Source: Takakia lepidozioides
Lineage: Eukaryota; Plantae; Bryophyta
Length of the DNA stretch: 64,000 nucleotides
Direction: 5' to 3'
Assembly (NCBI GenBank): GCA_030704615.1
Contig: CM060731.1
Location: 96,100,001-96,164,000, forward strand
This document shows positions 1 to 11,149 of the stretch, piece by piece. The notes under the pieces are model-generated. The model had not been told where the DNA came from. It did not search any database and saw only the letters and a list, made by a program, of their open reading frames with translations. Numbering within the stretch: position 1 is the first letter of the stretch; each line of letters begins with the position of its first letter. The position numbers and the translations under genes are program-made.

Positions 1-116
1 CCCAGTGAACAGCCGAAGCTCCAAGTTGGCCCGGCGGCCAGGTTGGGAGTTAGGCGCGCGCATCAAGCTAGCAACTATGACTTAATGGGGAGCTTACCGA
101 AGTGAGGTGCGCGACA
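1..116 (+). repeat. 3' end of a family-A (chromovirus) LTR; 3' LTR or solo LTR running off the window edge
   Basis: Matches the LTR end at about 2750-2868 (…AGCTTACCGAAGTGAGGTGCGCGACA) and has no PBS after it. Confidence 0.92.
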
Positions 117-228
117 AGAGAGGTCTTTCCTGTTCATGCCATTCTGTTGGCATACACCGCACATGATCACTTGAAGTGTGTGATCCACTCTTGGATCCAC
201 CATTTTTTTTCTTCATTATTACTGTAGG

Positions 229-1745
229 ATCCCTCTACAAAATGAAAAATGAATGGACCCCTTGGTACACAAGAGTTCTGCAAACAAGGGACTGTGTTGA
301 GTGCAAGCTTTGTTGGAATAAATTGCATTATCGCAAAGATCGGATGCTGACTCATTTGGGGTACAGGGATTGCAATGGTCGAAACCCTGGGGTGGGTTTA
401 TGCTCAAAAGCATCCATGCGGGTGAAAGCTCATTTCGCGCAATGTGGAGGGGTTGTTTCGGGAGCCATTGGAGGATGGGAACCTCGCAGAAGGCAGCACA
501 CCGAATTGCGGTCAGGAGATTAATCCCCCTCATGCAGAAGCAGCACGTTTGTGTCCGGAAGCACCATTCAGTTGTACGCAATGGGACTCTTGCGAGGTAT
601 CTGGTACATTGGGACAGGGGGGTCGAGATGCAATCACACCACAAAGATACAATAGGATCTCAAAGAAGTACAATCCTGCGACAACAATCCATTTCGGAGG
701 GATTGAATGTGACAGCGAAGAGGGCGTTAGATAAGAAGTGGACAATGTTTTTCTATGTGGCCAACATACCATTCAACGTGGCACGGCTCCCATCGTTTGT
801 TTCAACTGTGAGAACAAATTCGGAGTCAAAATGCACGTACACACCACCTCCTTACAATGCTCTATGTACGGGATTGTTGGAAGAGGCCATGACTGACCTT
901 TCAAAACGAGTAACAGATCGAACCGGGGATTCATTGTGAAAATATGGAAGTACATTATGTGCCGATGGTTGGAGCTCTGTCACAAACCGACCATTATTCA
1001 ACATCATGCTCATATGTCCAGCGGGGGAACAATTTATAAGAGCTATTGACACAACCGGGGAACGGAAGGATGCACGTTACCAGTTTCTGGTGCTATCAAA
1101 AGCTAGTGACTCTGTTGGACCGGAGAAAATTGTGCAAATTTGTACGGACAATACCTCGAACATGAGAAATATGGCCTAGTTATTTTTGGCTCAGTACCCT
1201 CACATGTATTATCAAGGATGTTGTGCTCATATCCTCGACCTACTGTTAGAAGATTGCGGAAAAGAGCAATGGGTGAAAGACCTTGTGAAGCAGGCCAAGT
1301 CTATTGTGAAGTTCATCCGAAACCACCACATGCCTTTGGCAATATATAGGAGGCACGAACCAAAATACAGCCTAAAGAATCCAGGGGAAACTCGGTTTGC
1401 CACCAACTTCCTGATGGTGGACAGGTTGGTGACTGTGAGGTCCGCGCTCGAGCACACTGTTATTGACCCACAGTGGGAAGTCCACGTATGGACGTTGCGG
1501 GACTCTCGGAAGAACAAGTCACTGAGCAAAAGTCGAAAGGTCAGAAAGACCGTTCGATCAGATGATTTCTGGTCCAAGTGCGAGAATTTTGTGCACATGG
1601 TGGAGCCAGCCCTTGTTGTGTTATGGGAGTTCGATGGAAAGAAACCAGTTATGGGAAAGGCATGGTAGCTATTGAGGAACCTTCAGCAACATATATTTTC
1701 ATTGAAAGACCCTCCATTCTCAGTAGATGCAGAGTTGGCGAGAAG
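229..1745 (+). pseudogene. hAT transposase remnant (BED finger + DUF659-type core), 3'-truncated
   Basis: CKLC…HL…C BED-like finger; FFYVANIPFNVA; ADGW and TDN catalytic Asp motifs; CCAHILDLLLED (CxxH); PGETRFAT. Contains stops and frameshifts, and the third catalytic residue and dimerisation domain are absent. Confidence 0.9.
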
Positions 1746-2152
1746 GTTCTTCAACATATTTTAGCCTGTTTTTCCCCATTATCATAGTTGTCCCTAAATT
1801 TCCAGATGGCCGGATTTCAAGCTCGAGATTACCTATGATTCCCTGTGGAAAGATAGCTACAAGAAACCTGCATGGGTAGATGATCAGCTGGAAGCCGCAG
1901 CAGCAGCGGCACAATTGATTAAATCAGACACTGCTAGTGAAGACACCTTCTTCAACACATTTCACCCTGTTTTTCCCTTTTATCAGAATCGGCCCTAAAT
2001 TTCCATGTTGAATTCTGCAAGTTAGCTGGTTGCGTAAAAGCTGTTTTTGTCTTGATTCATGATGGAGGGCTGTACTTCTTGTCGAGCGGCTTTTACTCAC
2101 CCATCCCTTCGCTATCCGAGGTGGAAACTCCAAGATAGAAGAGTTGGATATC

Positions 2153-2868
2153 TGTCGCGGCCCTTTGCCTTGAGGGCAGGGGGGTCGGGACACACGAGGG
2201 GCTGGGGGCAGCGGCAGCGATAGGTATGGGGGGCTGAAGCACCCTTGAGTGCCCAAGGCACTCAGGAAGCGGAGGCGCTCACTAGGTGGAGCCCCGCACA
2301 CCGGGTTGCGGTGGGGTGGCTCCACAAGGGGTGGTGGTAGCTTAGCGGGACTTAGTGGGGGTGGCATAGGACTCACCATGGGGGCGGAGACCTCGTGGTG
2401 GGAGTCGTGGGGAGTCTTGGGACTCATCACGGTCCATAGGGGCCGTGGTGAGTGGGCCAAGACTCACCGCGACTCATCACCGGGAGTCGAGGGTTTTCGT
2501 GGTGGTTCGCCATAAAATGGCATGGCTGGTTGTGAAACCCCCGCGGACAGCTACAGAAGTATATATAAGGGGAGTAGTGACCCCGAGAACGGTGCAAGCC
2601 CGTTGGTGACCAAAAACTAGTGAGTAAGCGAGCGAGCCGGAAAGCGACCAAAGAGTGGGGAGCTGTTCCGGACTGCCATCTACCAAAGGGAATTCTCCTA
2701 GTCCCAAATAGGTGGAGGGTTTAGTGGGAAGCGAAGGGGGACCGTTATGTCCCGGTGAGCAGCCGAAGCTCCAAGTTGGCCCGGGCGGCCAGGTTGGGAG
2801 TCAGGCGCGCGCATCAAAGCGAGTAACTATGACTTGAAGGGGAGCTTACCGAAGTGAGGTGCGCGACA
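2153..2868 (+). repeat. 5' LTR of A1
   Basis: TGTCGCGG…GCGCGACA, nearly identical to 8387-9096. Confidence 0.96.
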
Positions 2869-2870
2869 CT

Positions 2871-2882
2871 TGGTATCAGAGC
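2871..2882 (+). promoter_or_regulatory. Primer binding site (tRNA-iMet) of A1
   Basis: TGGTATCAGAGC, 2 nt after the LTR end. Confidence 0.95.
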
Positions 2883-2923
2883 TTAGAGTTCAGTACGCGA
2901 TCGTCCTTGGGATTGGCCTCATC

Positions 2924-5900
2924 ATGGGGTCGGGCAAGCCAAAGCGAAAGCGGAACGGCCCAAAAGATGATGATCCTGGTGAGCCCGATGGGGGCGACGT
3001 GTCACCGAGGCGGCCGTTTGAGGAAGCGACGCAGGTTTCTGAAAACGAGGCCGCTCAAGAGCGGGAGGAATCCGAGGAGTCGGAGCCCGAGGAATCCGTG
3101 AGAGCTCCGACCGACCAACAGATGCCTCCCATGCCGGCAGCCTTTTGGGAAGGGTTGTTGGCGCAGTTTGGCGGGACGTTGAAAGACGTGTTGAAGGCGG
3201 CTAATGCCACTTCCACTAAGGCAAAGTTTAAGGTGAAGCCTAAGGAACCCGGCACCTTCGAGGGCGTCCGAAATCGGAAGGCACTCAACACCTGGCTCCT
3301 GGAGCTAGAGCAGTACTTCCGGGCGGCCAAGTTGAGTGACGAGGATCGGGTGGAAGTGGCTCCCACCTATTTGAGGGGCTATGCTCAACAATGGTGGCAG
3401 AAACGCCTTCACGACCGAGGCCCAAGCCCGGAAACCTTGAACTGGAGTGGGTTCAAGGAATTGATGAAGAGACAGTTTGTGCCCCTCAACGCGTCCTGGC
3501 TTGCCCGGGACAAGATGAGGAATTTGAAGCAAACAGATGACATTCGGGGGTATGTCCAGGCTTTCAATGTGCTGTTGCTCGAAGTCGCGGACATGGCAGA
3601 ACCAGAAATGGTCTTCAACTTTGTGGCGGGACTGGCCCCATGGGCCAGGCGGAAGTTGGAGGAGAAGCCACCCAAGACTTTGAACGAGGCAATTGAGAGG
3701 GCTGAATGTTTCTCGGATGTCCCTAGGGGTGAGAGACAAGGCCGTACGGAGCTGAACCACAAGAAGACCCGGCGGGAAGGTGACTCTTCCGACCGGAAAA
3801 GAAGTGGGATAGGCCACGCGGCGACAATGGCACGTGGAAATCGAAGGGAGGGCCTTCACACGTCAAGGCGGCACCCGGTGCTTCGAAAGGAAAAGCGGGT
3901 GGAGCGGCTTATGGCGGACAGAAGGCGACCTTTGATGGAGTGTGTTTCAATTGCGGGGAGCCCGGGCACATGGCCAAGAAGTGCACAAAACCTCGACAAT
4001 TGAACATGACTCGGGCAACCACGGAGCTGTCGGAAGATACCATCAGTCGCTTGGTGGAAGCGGTGGTCGCCAGGACTTGCAAGGTAGGCAACTATTCTTG
4101 TGAGTTGTATCAGGAAACTGGCGCCCTGCGTAAAGGGAGTCAGTTATTGTTCGTGGATGGGATAATATCCGGAACTAACGTGTCGTTGTTGGTGGACACA
4201 GGAGCGTCGCACTCCTTCATGACGCCGGCGGCGGCGCGAAAGTTGGGACTCCCGACAAGTGACGTGGGGGCCTCTATTGAGGTGCGTTCTGCCAAAGGAG
4301 AACCACAGTTGGCGACAAGGTTGGCGTTTGATGTTCCTCTTCAACTGGGGAGTTGGGAGGGACGTGAGAACTTCACCATCTGCGAGATCGATGGAGTGGA
4401 TCTCATTTTGGGGATGACCTTTTTGAGCAAATCCGGAGCGGTCATAGATGGCCGCAAGAGAGTAGTCACGCTGCCATGTGGGAATGGTGGCGAGGTCTTA
4501 CGAGTGTCGAAACGCCCAAATCCGTGGGAGGGCGAATAAACCTTCTGTCAGCAAGAGAGTGGGCCGTGGAGGAGGCACACGACCCCAGTTTTTGCTTTAC
4601 ATTAGAGAAGTGAAGGGAGAAGGCGATGGGGAGCCGAGCCCAGATTGGATCAAGGGGATTTTGGAGAAATACCAGGATGTGATGCCGGAGGATTTACCAA
4701 GCGGCTTGCCACCGCGAAGAGGAGTTGACCACAAGATTGAGGTGATACCGGGATCGGAACCGCCTGCCAAGGCACCCTACCGGTTGAGCCACAGGGAGTT
4801 GGTCGAGCTGAAGACTCAGCTCAAGGATCTAATGTCAAAGGGGTACATCCGGCCGAGTAAGTCACCTTACGGAGCCCCGGTGCTATTCGCAGACAAGAAG
4901 GATGGGACGCTGCGGATGTGTGTCGATTACAGGGCTCTGAATAAGGTGACTATCAAAAACCGGTACCCTTTGCCAAGGATCGACGACCTCTTCGATCGGT
5001 TGGCAGGAGCGAAGTATTTCAGCCGGATCGACTTGCGCTCCGGCTATCACCAAATTCGGGTGGCGGAAGGAGATGAGGAGAAGACCGCGTGCAGGACAAG
5101 GTATGGTTCATATGAGTTCTTGGTGATGCCTTTTGGGCTCACCAATGCACCAGCGACCTTTAGCACGCTGATGAACAGCCTTTTCCAGGAGTGGTTGGAT
5201 GACTTTGTGATCGTGTACATCGACGACATCTTGGTGTACTCGAAAACAAAGGAGGAGCACCTGGAGCACCTCAAAAGGGTGTTCCAAAAGTTGCAGGAAG
5301 GGAAGCTGTACGCCAAAGCTTCAAAGTGCGAATTCGGGGTCACGAAAGTGGAGTTCTTGGGGCATGTGATTACACAGGATGGGATCAAAATGGATGACAG
5401 AAAGGTGAGGGCGATCTTGGACTGGGAGCCTCCGACTTCGGTCCCGGGAGTGCGATCCTTCCTAGGACTCGCCTCCTATTACCGGAAGTATGTGAGAAAT
5501 TTTGCCAAGATTGCGGGGCCGCTGTCAGACCTTCTGTGTAAATCTAAAGTCTGGGCATGGAACACCTTTTGTGGCCAAGCTTTTGCTGAATTGAAGCAGC
5601 GGATGGCGGAAGCTCCAGTCTTGAAAATCCCGGAGTTCGATCGTCCGTTCGAGATACATACAGATGCGTCGGACTTCGCAATTGGGGGTGTACTGATGCA
5701 AGATGGACGTCCAGTGGCTTACGAAAGTAAGAAACTGAATGAAGTGGAGCGACGGTGGCCGACGCACGAGAAAGAGATGAAGGCGGTGGTGCATTGTCTT
5801 GAGCTTTGGCGCCACTATGTTGGTTCCAACCCAGTGAAGGTGTTCACGGACAATGTCACGGTGAAGTATTTTGCCACGCAGCCCAAGTTGTCCCCAAAAC

Positions 5901-7480
5901 AACTTAGGTGGCAAGATACTTTGGCGGTGTTCGACGTGGATATCCAGTACAAACCGGGACGAGACAACGTGGTGGCCGATGCTTTAAGTAGAAAGCACAG
6001 CTCTTGTTGGTGTACAAGGGCGAGACGGCGCTCCAAAGGAAGATCCGGAAGGCTTGCCGGAAGGATGAGCTGGCGAAGTCCGTGATGCAGGACTTGAGGA
6101 TGGGGGTTAAATCGCAGTTCCACTTGCAAAATGGACTGCTCCGGTATAAGCAAAAACGTCTCTACGTGCCGAAGGGAGGGATCAGAGATAGCCTCTTGAG
6201 AGAATGCCATGATAGCCCGCTTGCGGGCCACGGCGGAGCCAAGCGCACTGCGGCACTCTTGAAGAAAGAGTATTTCTGGCCCAAACTGAGGGAGGAGGCA
6301 GAGGAGTATGTCAAGACATGCACCACATGCCAACAAAACCGGAGCGAGTACAAAAAGCAAGCGGGGCTGTTACAACCCTTGCCGATTCCAGAGGGGACTT
6401 GGGAAAGCGTCTCGATGGATTTCATGACTGCTATGCCGTTGTCAAAAGGATTCGATGCAATCATGGTGGTGGTAGATAGGTTCAGTAAAATGGGCCATTT
6501 CATCCCCACCAAGGAGACGGCAACGGCGCAGGAGACATGGCGACTTTACTTCGCCCACGTCTTAAAGCATCATGGACTCCCGAAGGATATTGTCTCGGAC
6601 CGCGATCCAAAGTTTACGAGTAAATTCTGGAGAGCACTTTGGAAGAAGATGGGGACGAGGCTGAAGATGAGCACCGCCTTCCGACCTACGACCGACGGCC
6701 AAACAGAAAGGGTGAATTCCGTAGTGAAGCAGATCTTGCGGAATTACGTGTCGGCAGACCAAACAGACTGGGTGGAACACTTAGACGCGGCAGAGTTCTG
6801 TTATAATAACACAGAACACTCCGCAACGGGAGTTTCCCCTTTCGTATTGGTCTATGGAAAAGCACCTCTGGTGCCGACAAGTTGGGCCGCCCAGGACGTT
6901 GAGGAACCGGCAGTAGCGGCGGTATTGGAAGAACGCGAGCGTTTGTTGAAGCTCGCAAAGTACAATATTGCCAAAGCTAGGAAACGGTATGAAAGGCAGA
7001 CGAATCGGAAGCGGAGGGAAGTGAAGTTTGAGGCAGGCACAGAGGTCTGGTTGAACATCAAGAATTTGACTACCTCCGGAAGTGAGTCCGAAGTTCGTAC
7101 CTCCGTATGCGGGACCCTTTCGCATTCGGAAGGTTATGAATGAGGATGTGTATGAATTGGAGCTGCCGGCAAACAGCAAGGTGCACCCAGTATTCCATGT
7201 CTCCTTTTTGAAGCCTTACTTCAAAGATGAAGCGCGTCCGAATCGGCATCAAGTGTTGCGTCCGCCACCTATGCTGTTGGATCATGAAAATGAACCTGAG
7301 TACGAGGTGGAGGCAATACTTAAGTCGAGGAGGTTCAGGAACCGAGAAACGGAGTATCTCGTCAAATGGAAGGGCTATCATCATGTGGAGGCATCTTGGG
7401 TGCGTGCCTCAGAAATGGGAAACGCATCCGAGGCGGTTGCAGCTTTCGAAGGGCGACCTCAAAAGCGGAAGAAGCGTTGA
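2924..7480 (+). CDS. gag-pol polyprotein of A1 (several 1-bp frameshifts)
   Basis: [14 protein letters not shown] knuckle; LVDTGA protease; YIDD RT; TDAS RNase H; HHCC and SMDF/SDRD/TER integrase; C-terminal chromodomain EYEVEAIL…YLVKWKGY…SW. Confidence 0.93.
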
Positions 7481-8386
7481 TGGGGACATCAACCTTGGAG
7501 CGTGGGGGAGGAAATGCATGCTTAGCCCGGCTTAGCTAGCTTAGGAATCCGATTACAAAAACTTGTATTGTACAAAAATTTGTTATAAAGGAAATGGGTT
7601 CCAAATGTTGTGCGTCCTATTTTGTTTGGAATGGTGATGCATGGTATGGTTGGCTAGTGTGTAGAATGCATGCTAGCTTATAAAAATGGGAGAGATAAAT
7701 TGGGTTAATCGTGTATTTGCGTAGTGCCGAAATCGGGTGACCCCCATCCAAGGGGCAAGGAAACTTGCGACTTCTTTGGGAGTTCACGTGCTAGTGCGCA
7801 CCTGGCGTGTGCGCGTACTATAACTGCGCTACCGAGGGGGTTGCCTTGTAGTGTGGGCTAACGCGGAAGCTACGTGCTTCCGTTCACGTACTATAATCGT
7901 GTAGCCTCGGGACGAAGTCGTAGTGCGGCTTCTGCGTGTTCCCGTACCTCAGGCTAGCATTCCAAGGCGGACCCAATTGCAGTGATTGGGGCGCACGGTT
8001 GGTTCAAGGCTATCTTCCTAGTCAAAGAGGGTTCCAGGTGAACCCTTGCTCAAGGTGATGCCAAAAGCGGCCTCATGAGCGATCGCAAGCAATGTTGTTG
8101 CAGTAAGGCGATTCGATCCTCGGGGAGGATCGTTCCTTGGCCTTGAAGTAGGCCAAGAAGAGTGCACTGGGAGGAGCTGGAGAGGCTCCACCCTTGGCCG
8201 GGACTTGGAGGAAGTCGGCCGAACTAGCTAGTGGAGAGTAGAGTCAAGTGTGGGGTTTGGTTCTTTGCCATGGGATGCCATGGTACGGAAACGAACTCCT
8301 TGATGTGGGACGCCACAACTTGGATGTTCGTTTCTACAAAATGGACAAGTCGATGAGGACATCGACTCCCTGTTGGTAGGGGTGTA

Positions 8387-9096
8387 TGTCGCGGCCCTTT
8401 GCCTTGAGGGCAGGGGGGTCGGGACACACGAGGGGCTGGGGGCAGCGGCAGCGATAGGTATGGGGGGGCTGAAGCACCCTTGAGTGCCCAAGGCACTCAG
8501 GGAAGCGGAGGCGCTCACTAGGTGGAGCCCCGCACACCGGGTTGCGGTGGGGGTGGCTCCACAAGGGGTGGTGGTAGCTTAGCGGGACTTAGTGGGGGTG
8601 GCATAGGACTCACCATGGGGGCGGAGACCTCGTGGTGGGAGTCGTGGGGAGTCTTGGGACTCATCACGGTCCATAGGGGCCGTGGTGAGTGGGCCAAGAC
8701 TCACCGCGACTCATCACCGGGAGTCGAGGGTTTTCGTGGTGGTTCGCCATAAAATGGCATGGCTGGTTGTGAAACCCCCGCGGACAGCTACAGAAGTATA
8801 TATAAGGGGAGTAGTGACCCCGAGAACGGTGCAAGCCCGTTGGTGACCAAAAACTAGTGAGTAAGCGAGCGAGCCGGAAAGCGACCAAAGAGTGGGGAGC
8901 TGTTCCGGACTGCCATCTACCAAAGGGAATTCTCTTAGTCCCAAATAGGTGGAGGGTGTAGTGGGAAGCGAAGGGGGACCGTTATGTCCCGGTGAGCAGC
9001 CGAAGCTCCAAGTTGGCCCGGTTGGGAGTCAGGCGCGCGCATCAAAGCGAGTAACTATGACTTGAAGGGGAGCTTACGGAAGTGAGGTGCGCGACA
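8387..9096 (+). repeat. 3' LTR of A1 (PPT GGTAGGGGTGTA at 8375-8386)
   Basis: Direct repeat of 2153-2868 followed by the TSD. Confidence 0.96.
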
Positions 9097-11149
9097 ATAT
9101 CTCTAAGCACTCAGCCCGCTCAGAACAATCAGTCATGACCAACAGCTAGTGAATCATGGTTGTGCTTCCTATTTGTATTTCTTCTTGCCTTCATGTTAGC
9201 AATTTACCTTACTGTGTATACTAAAGCATCAGATTGCTTCAGTATCTACCAGGTTCCATTCACTCATCCATTCATTCCACAACTTCACTCATGTGTCTCT
9301 ACACAGTGTGATTGTATTAGATTATGATTTATCAAGTATCAGGCCAATGCCATGGTGTCTCTAATCTGCCCTACAATATCACTATAGCTTTGCATGTAAC
9401 AAACATCTACTGTTCATCTTTCCTCCTTCACCGTGCTCTCCATCCTTGCTTACCCGTTTTTGCACTCCGCCTGATCTCCTCTCAAGCACTTCACAAGAAG
9501 CGCTCCCCGTGAAGTGATCCCCTACCTGGTGCTGCTATGCCTAATCTACCTGCAAGCTGTTCCAACCGCCTAACTAACTAACTGTCACCCCTGAAGTAAC
9601 ACGTTCCCTCTGCAGATGTCGTTCCCACACAGTAGTTCCCTGCTAATGATAACCGTTCCCTCCGTGCGCTGTGACGGGCTGTGCCAAACTGTGTTGGGCT
9701 GTGATTGTGCCGAGCTGTGATTGGCTATGTAAAGCCCCTTTCAATTTGTAATGAGAGCTCGGTCTAGGTGGATGGGCAACTCAGATCTGCCATGGACTGC
9801 AGGCCCACTAGTTTGACCATTCAGGGTTCATGTCTTCTTGACCTTACCTCTCGTTTTTATCCATCTCTCATCACCCTTTCTCCCTCTTTCACTTTTTCTT
9901 TCTCTCACTCTCTTTTTCTCCTTTGTGTGTGATTCCCTCACTTTTCCACAACAACACGTCTACGATGCAATGCAATGCACATCCAGCCAGGCATCCAGTG
10001 CATCCATCATTGAAGTCAACCTTGGTCACACAAGAGATAATCTGCCCCTCTGTTAGTCTTTTTCTCTCTCTCTTTCCAGTGACTGGTCCTTGCACTACCT
10101 TTCCCCAAGTGTATCCTGTTTGGTCAAGGTGCTTCACTACCCTTCTACAGATCTCAAATCACACCCCCTGTCAGCTCTCTTTTTCTCCTCAACTGCGAAC
10201 TTCAGTCATTCATATGTTTGGAACACCTCTACAAATCAGATCCACACCCCAAAACAGTATTGACCTTCCTTCCCATCCACATCATCCCTTCTCAAGGATC
10301 TAGCATCCAGGGCCGCCTTGTTTTGCTGGCTGAAGACACAAAAATAAGGAAAAGGAACACAACAACAGCAACCATCCTAACCCTGAGATGAGATATCCCT
10401 GTCCCCTCTCATTTTCCTAATGACAGTGAAACAACAGGTGCATCCATCTCCACATCATCCTGGTTTGAATTCCAGTGCCTCCATTCCATTCTCCAAAAGC
10501 TCTCCACTCCTCACATTTTTGTCCCTTTCTATAGAAACAAGAGACAGTTCCAAAAACTTCACACAATCATTCCTAAGTGCCCAAAAAAGGAAGCCGACAC
10601 TCTTCGAACTTATCTGTCTTATACTCATTGAAGCGGTGGGTCTGCCTGTCAAGAAGGCACCTTGTCATCTCCCTCGTCAGCCATTTCCGACGTCTCTTCT
10701 TATCGTGATTCCAGTCCTCATTAAGGCATGCAGCGTAGCTACGGCGTGAGCCCAGCCCCGTGAGCCTGGGAGCTGAGCTCACGTTTAGGGTGCAAAGCGT
10801 GAGCTGAGCTCACGCTTCAAGGAAGCGTGAGCGGCACAAATTTGCTGGAGAAGCAGGTCCTATAGGCGAGGATAGCAAGAAGAGGGCCTATTACCGTGGA
10901 CAAAACAAAGGGGGCCACCATGCACCATGTCTACAATGCCTGCACAAAAAGAGCAATATGAAAATATGGCAGAATAGAGCTCAGAATGATTGACACACTC
11001 TATTTCAATTCACAGATAGACGCTTACAATGAATGGCATGTGCATTTGCCCTGGTTCCGGGAACGAAATGTATGTGTTTGTCCTAAATGCAAAGTCTTCA
11101 CACGGTAACCTTGAAACCAGTATGGGAAGTGGGCATGGCTCGTATATGT

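Larger units (their letters stand above)
2153..9096 (+). mobile_element. Full-length Ty3/gypsy chromovirus (Galadriel/Tcn1-like), copy A1
   Basis: TG…CA LTRs at 2153-2868 and 8387-9096; 5-bp TSD ATATC (2148-2152 / 9097-9101); tRNA-iMet PBS; PPT; gag-PR-RT-RH-INT-chromodomain order. Confidence 0.97.
2080..10730 (-). repeat. Partial LTR relic (2080-2152 + 9102-10730) interrupted by element A1
   Basis: 2080-2152 joined to 9102-9735 aligns with the family-C LTR at 58156-59060. About 9735-10730 resembles the family-B LTR at 43560-44615. Cut off near 10730 by a MULE end. Confidence 0.8.

Noticed and set aside
2160-2420. G-quadruplex-prone runs in family-A LTRs as a novelty
   Set aside because: Present, but a common property of plant LTRs.
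3780-7080. Programmed frameshifts in A1 gag-pol
   Set aside because: Where compared, A2 is in frame at A1's 1-bp deletions and has its own lesions elsewhere. The consensus is one ORF, so the A1 indels are probably sequencing error or decay.
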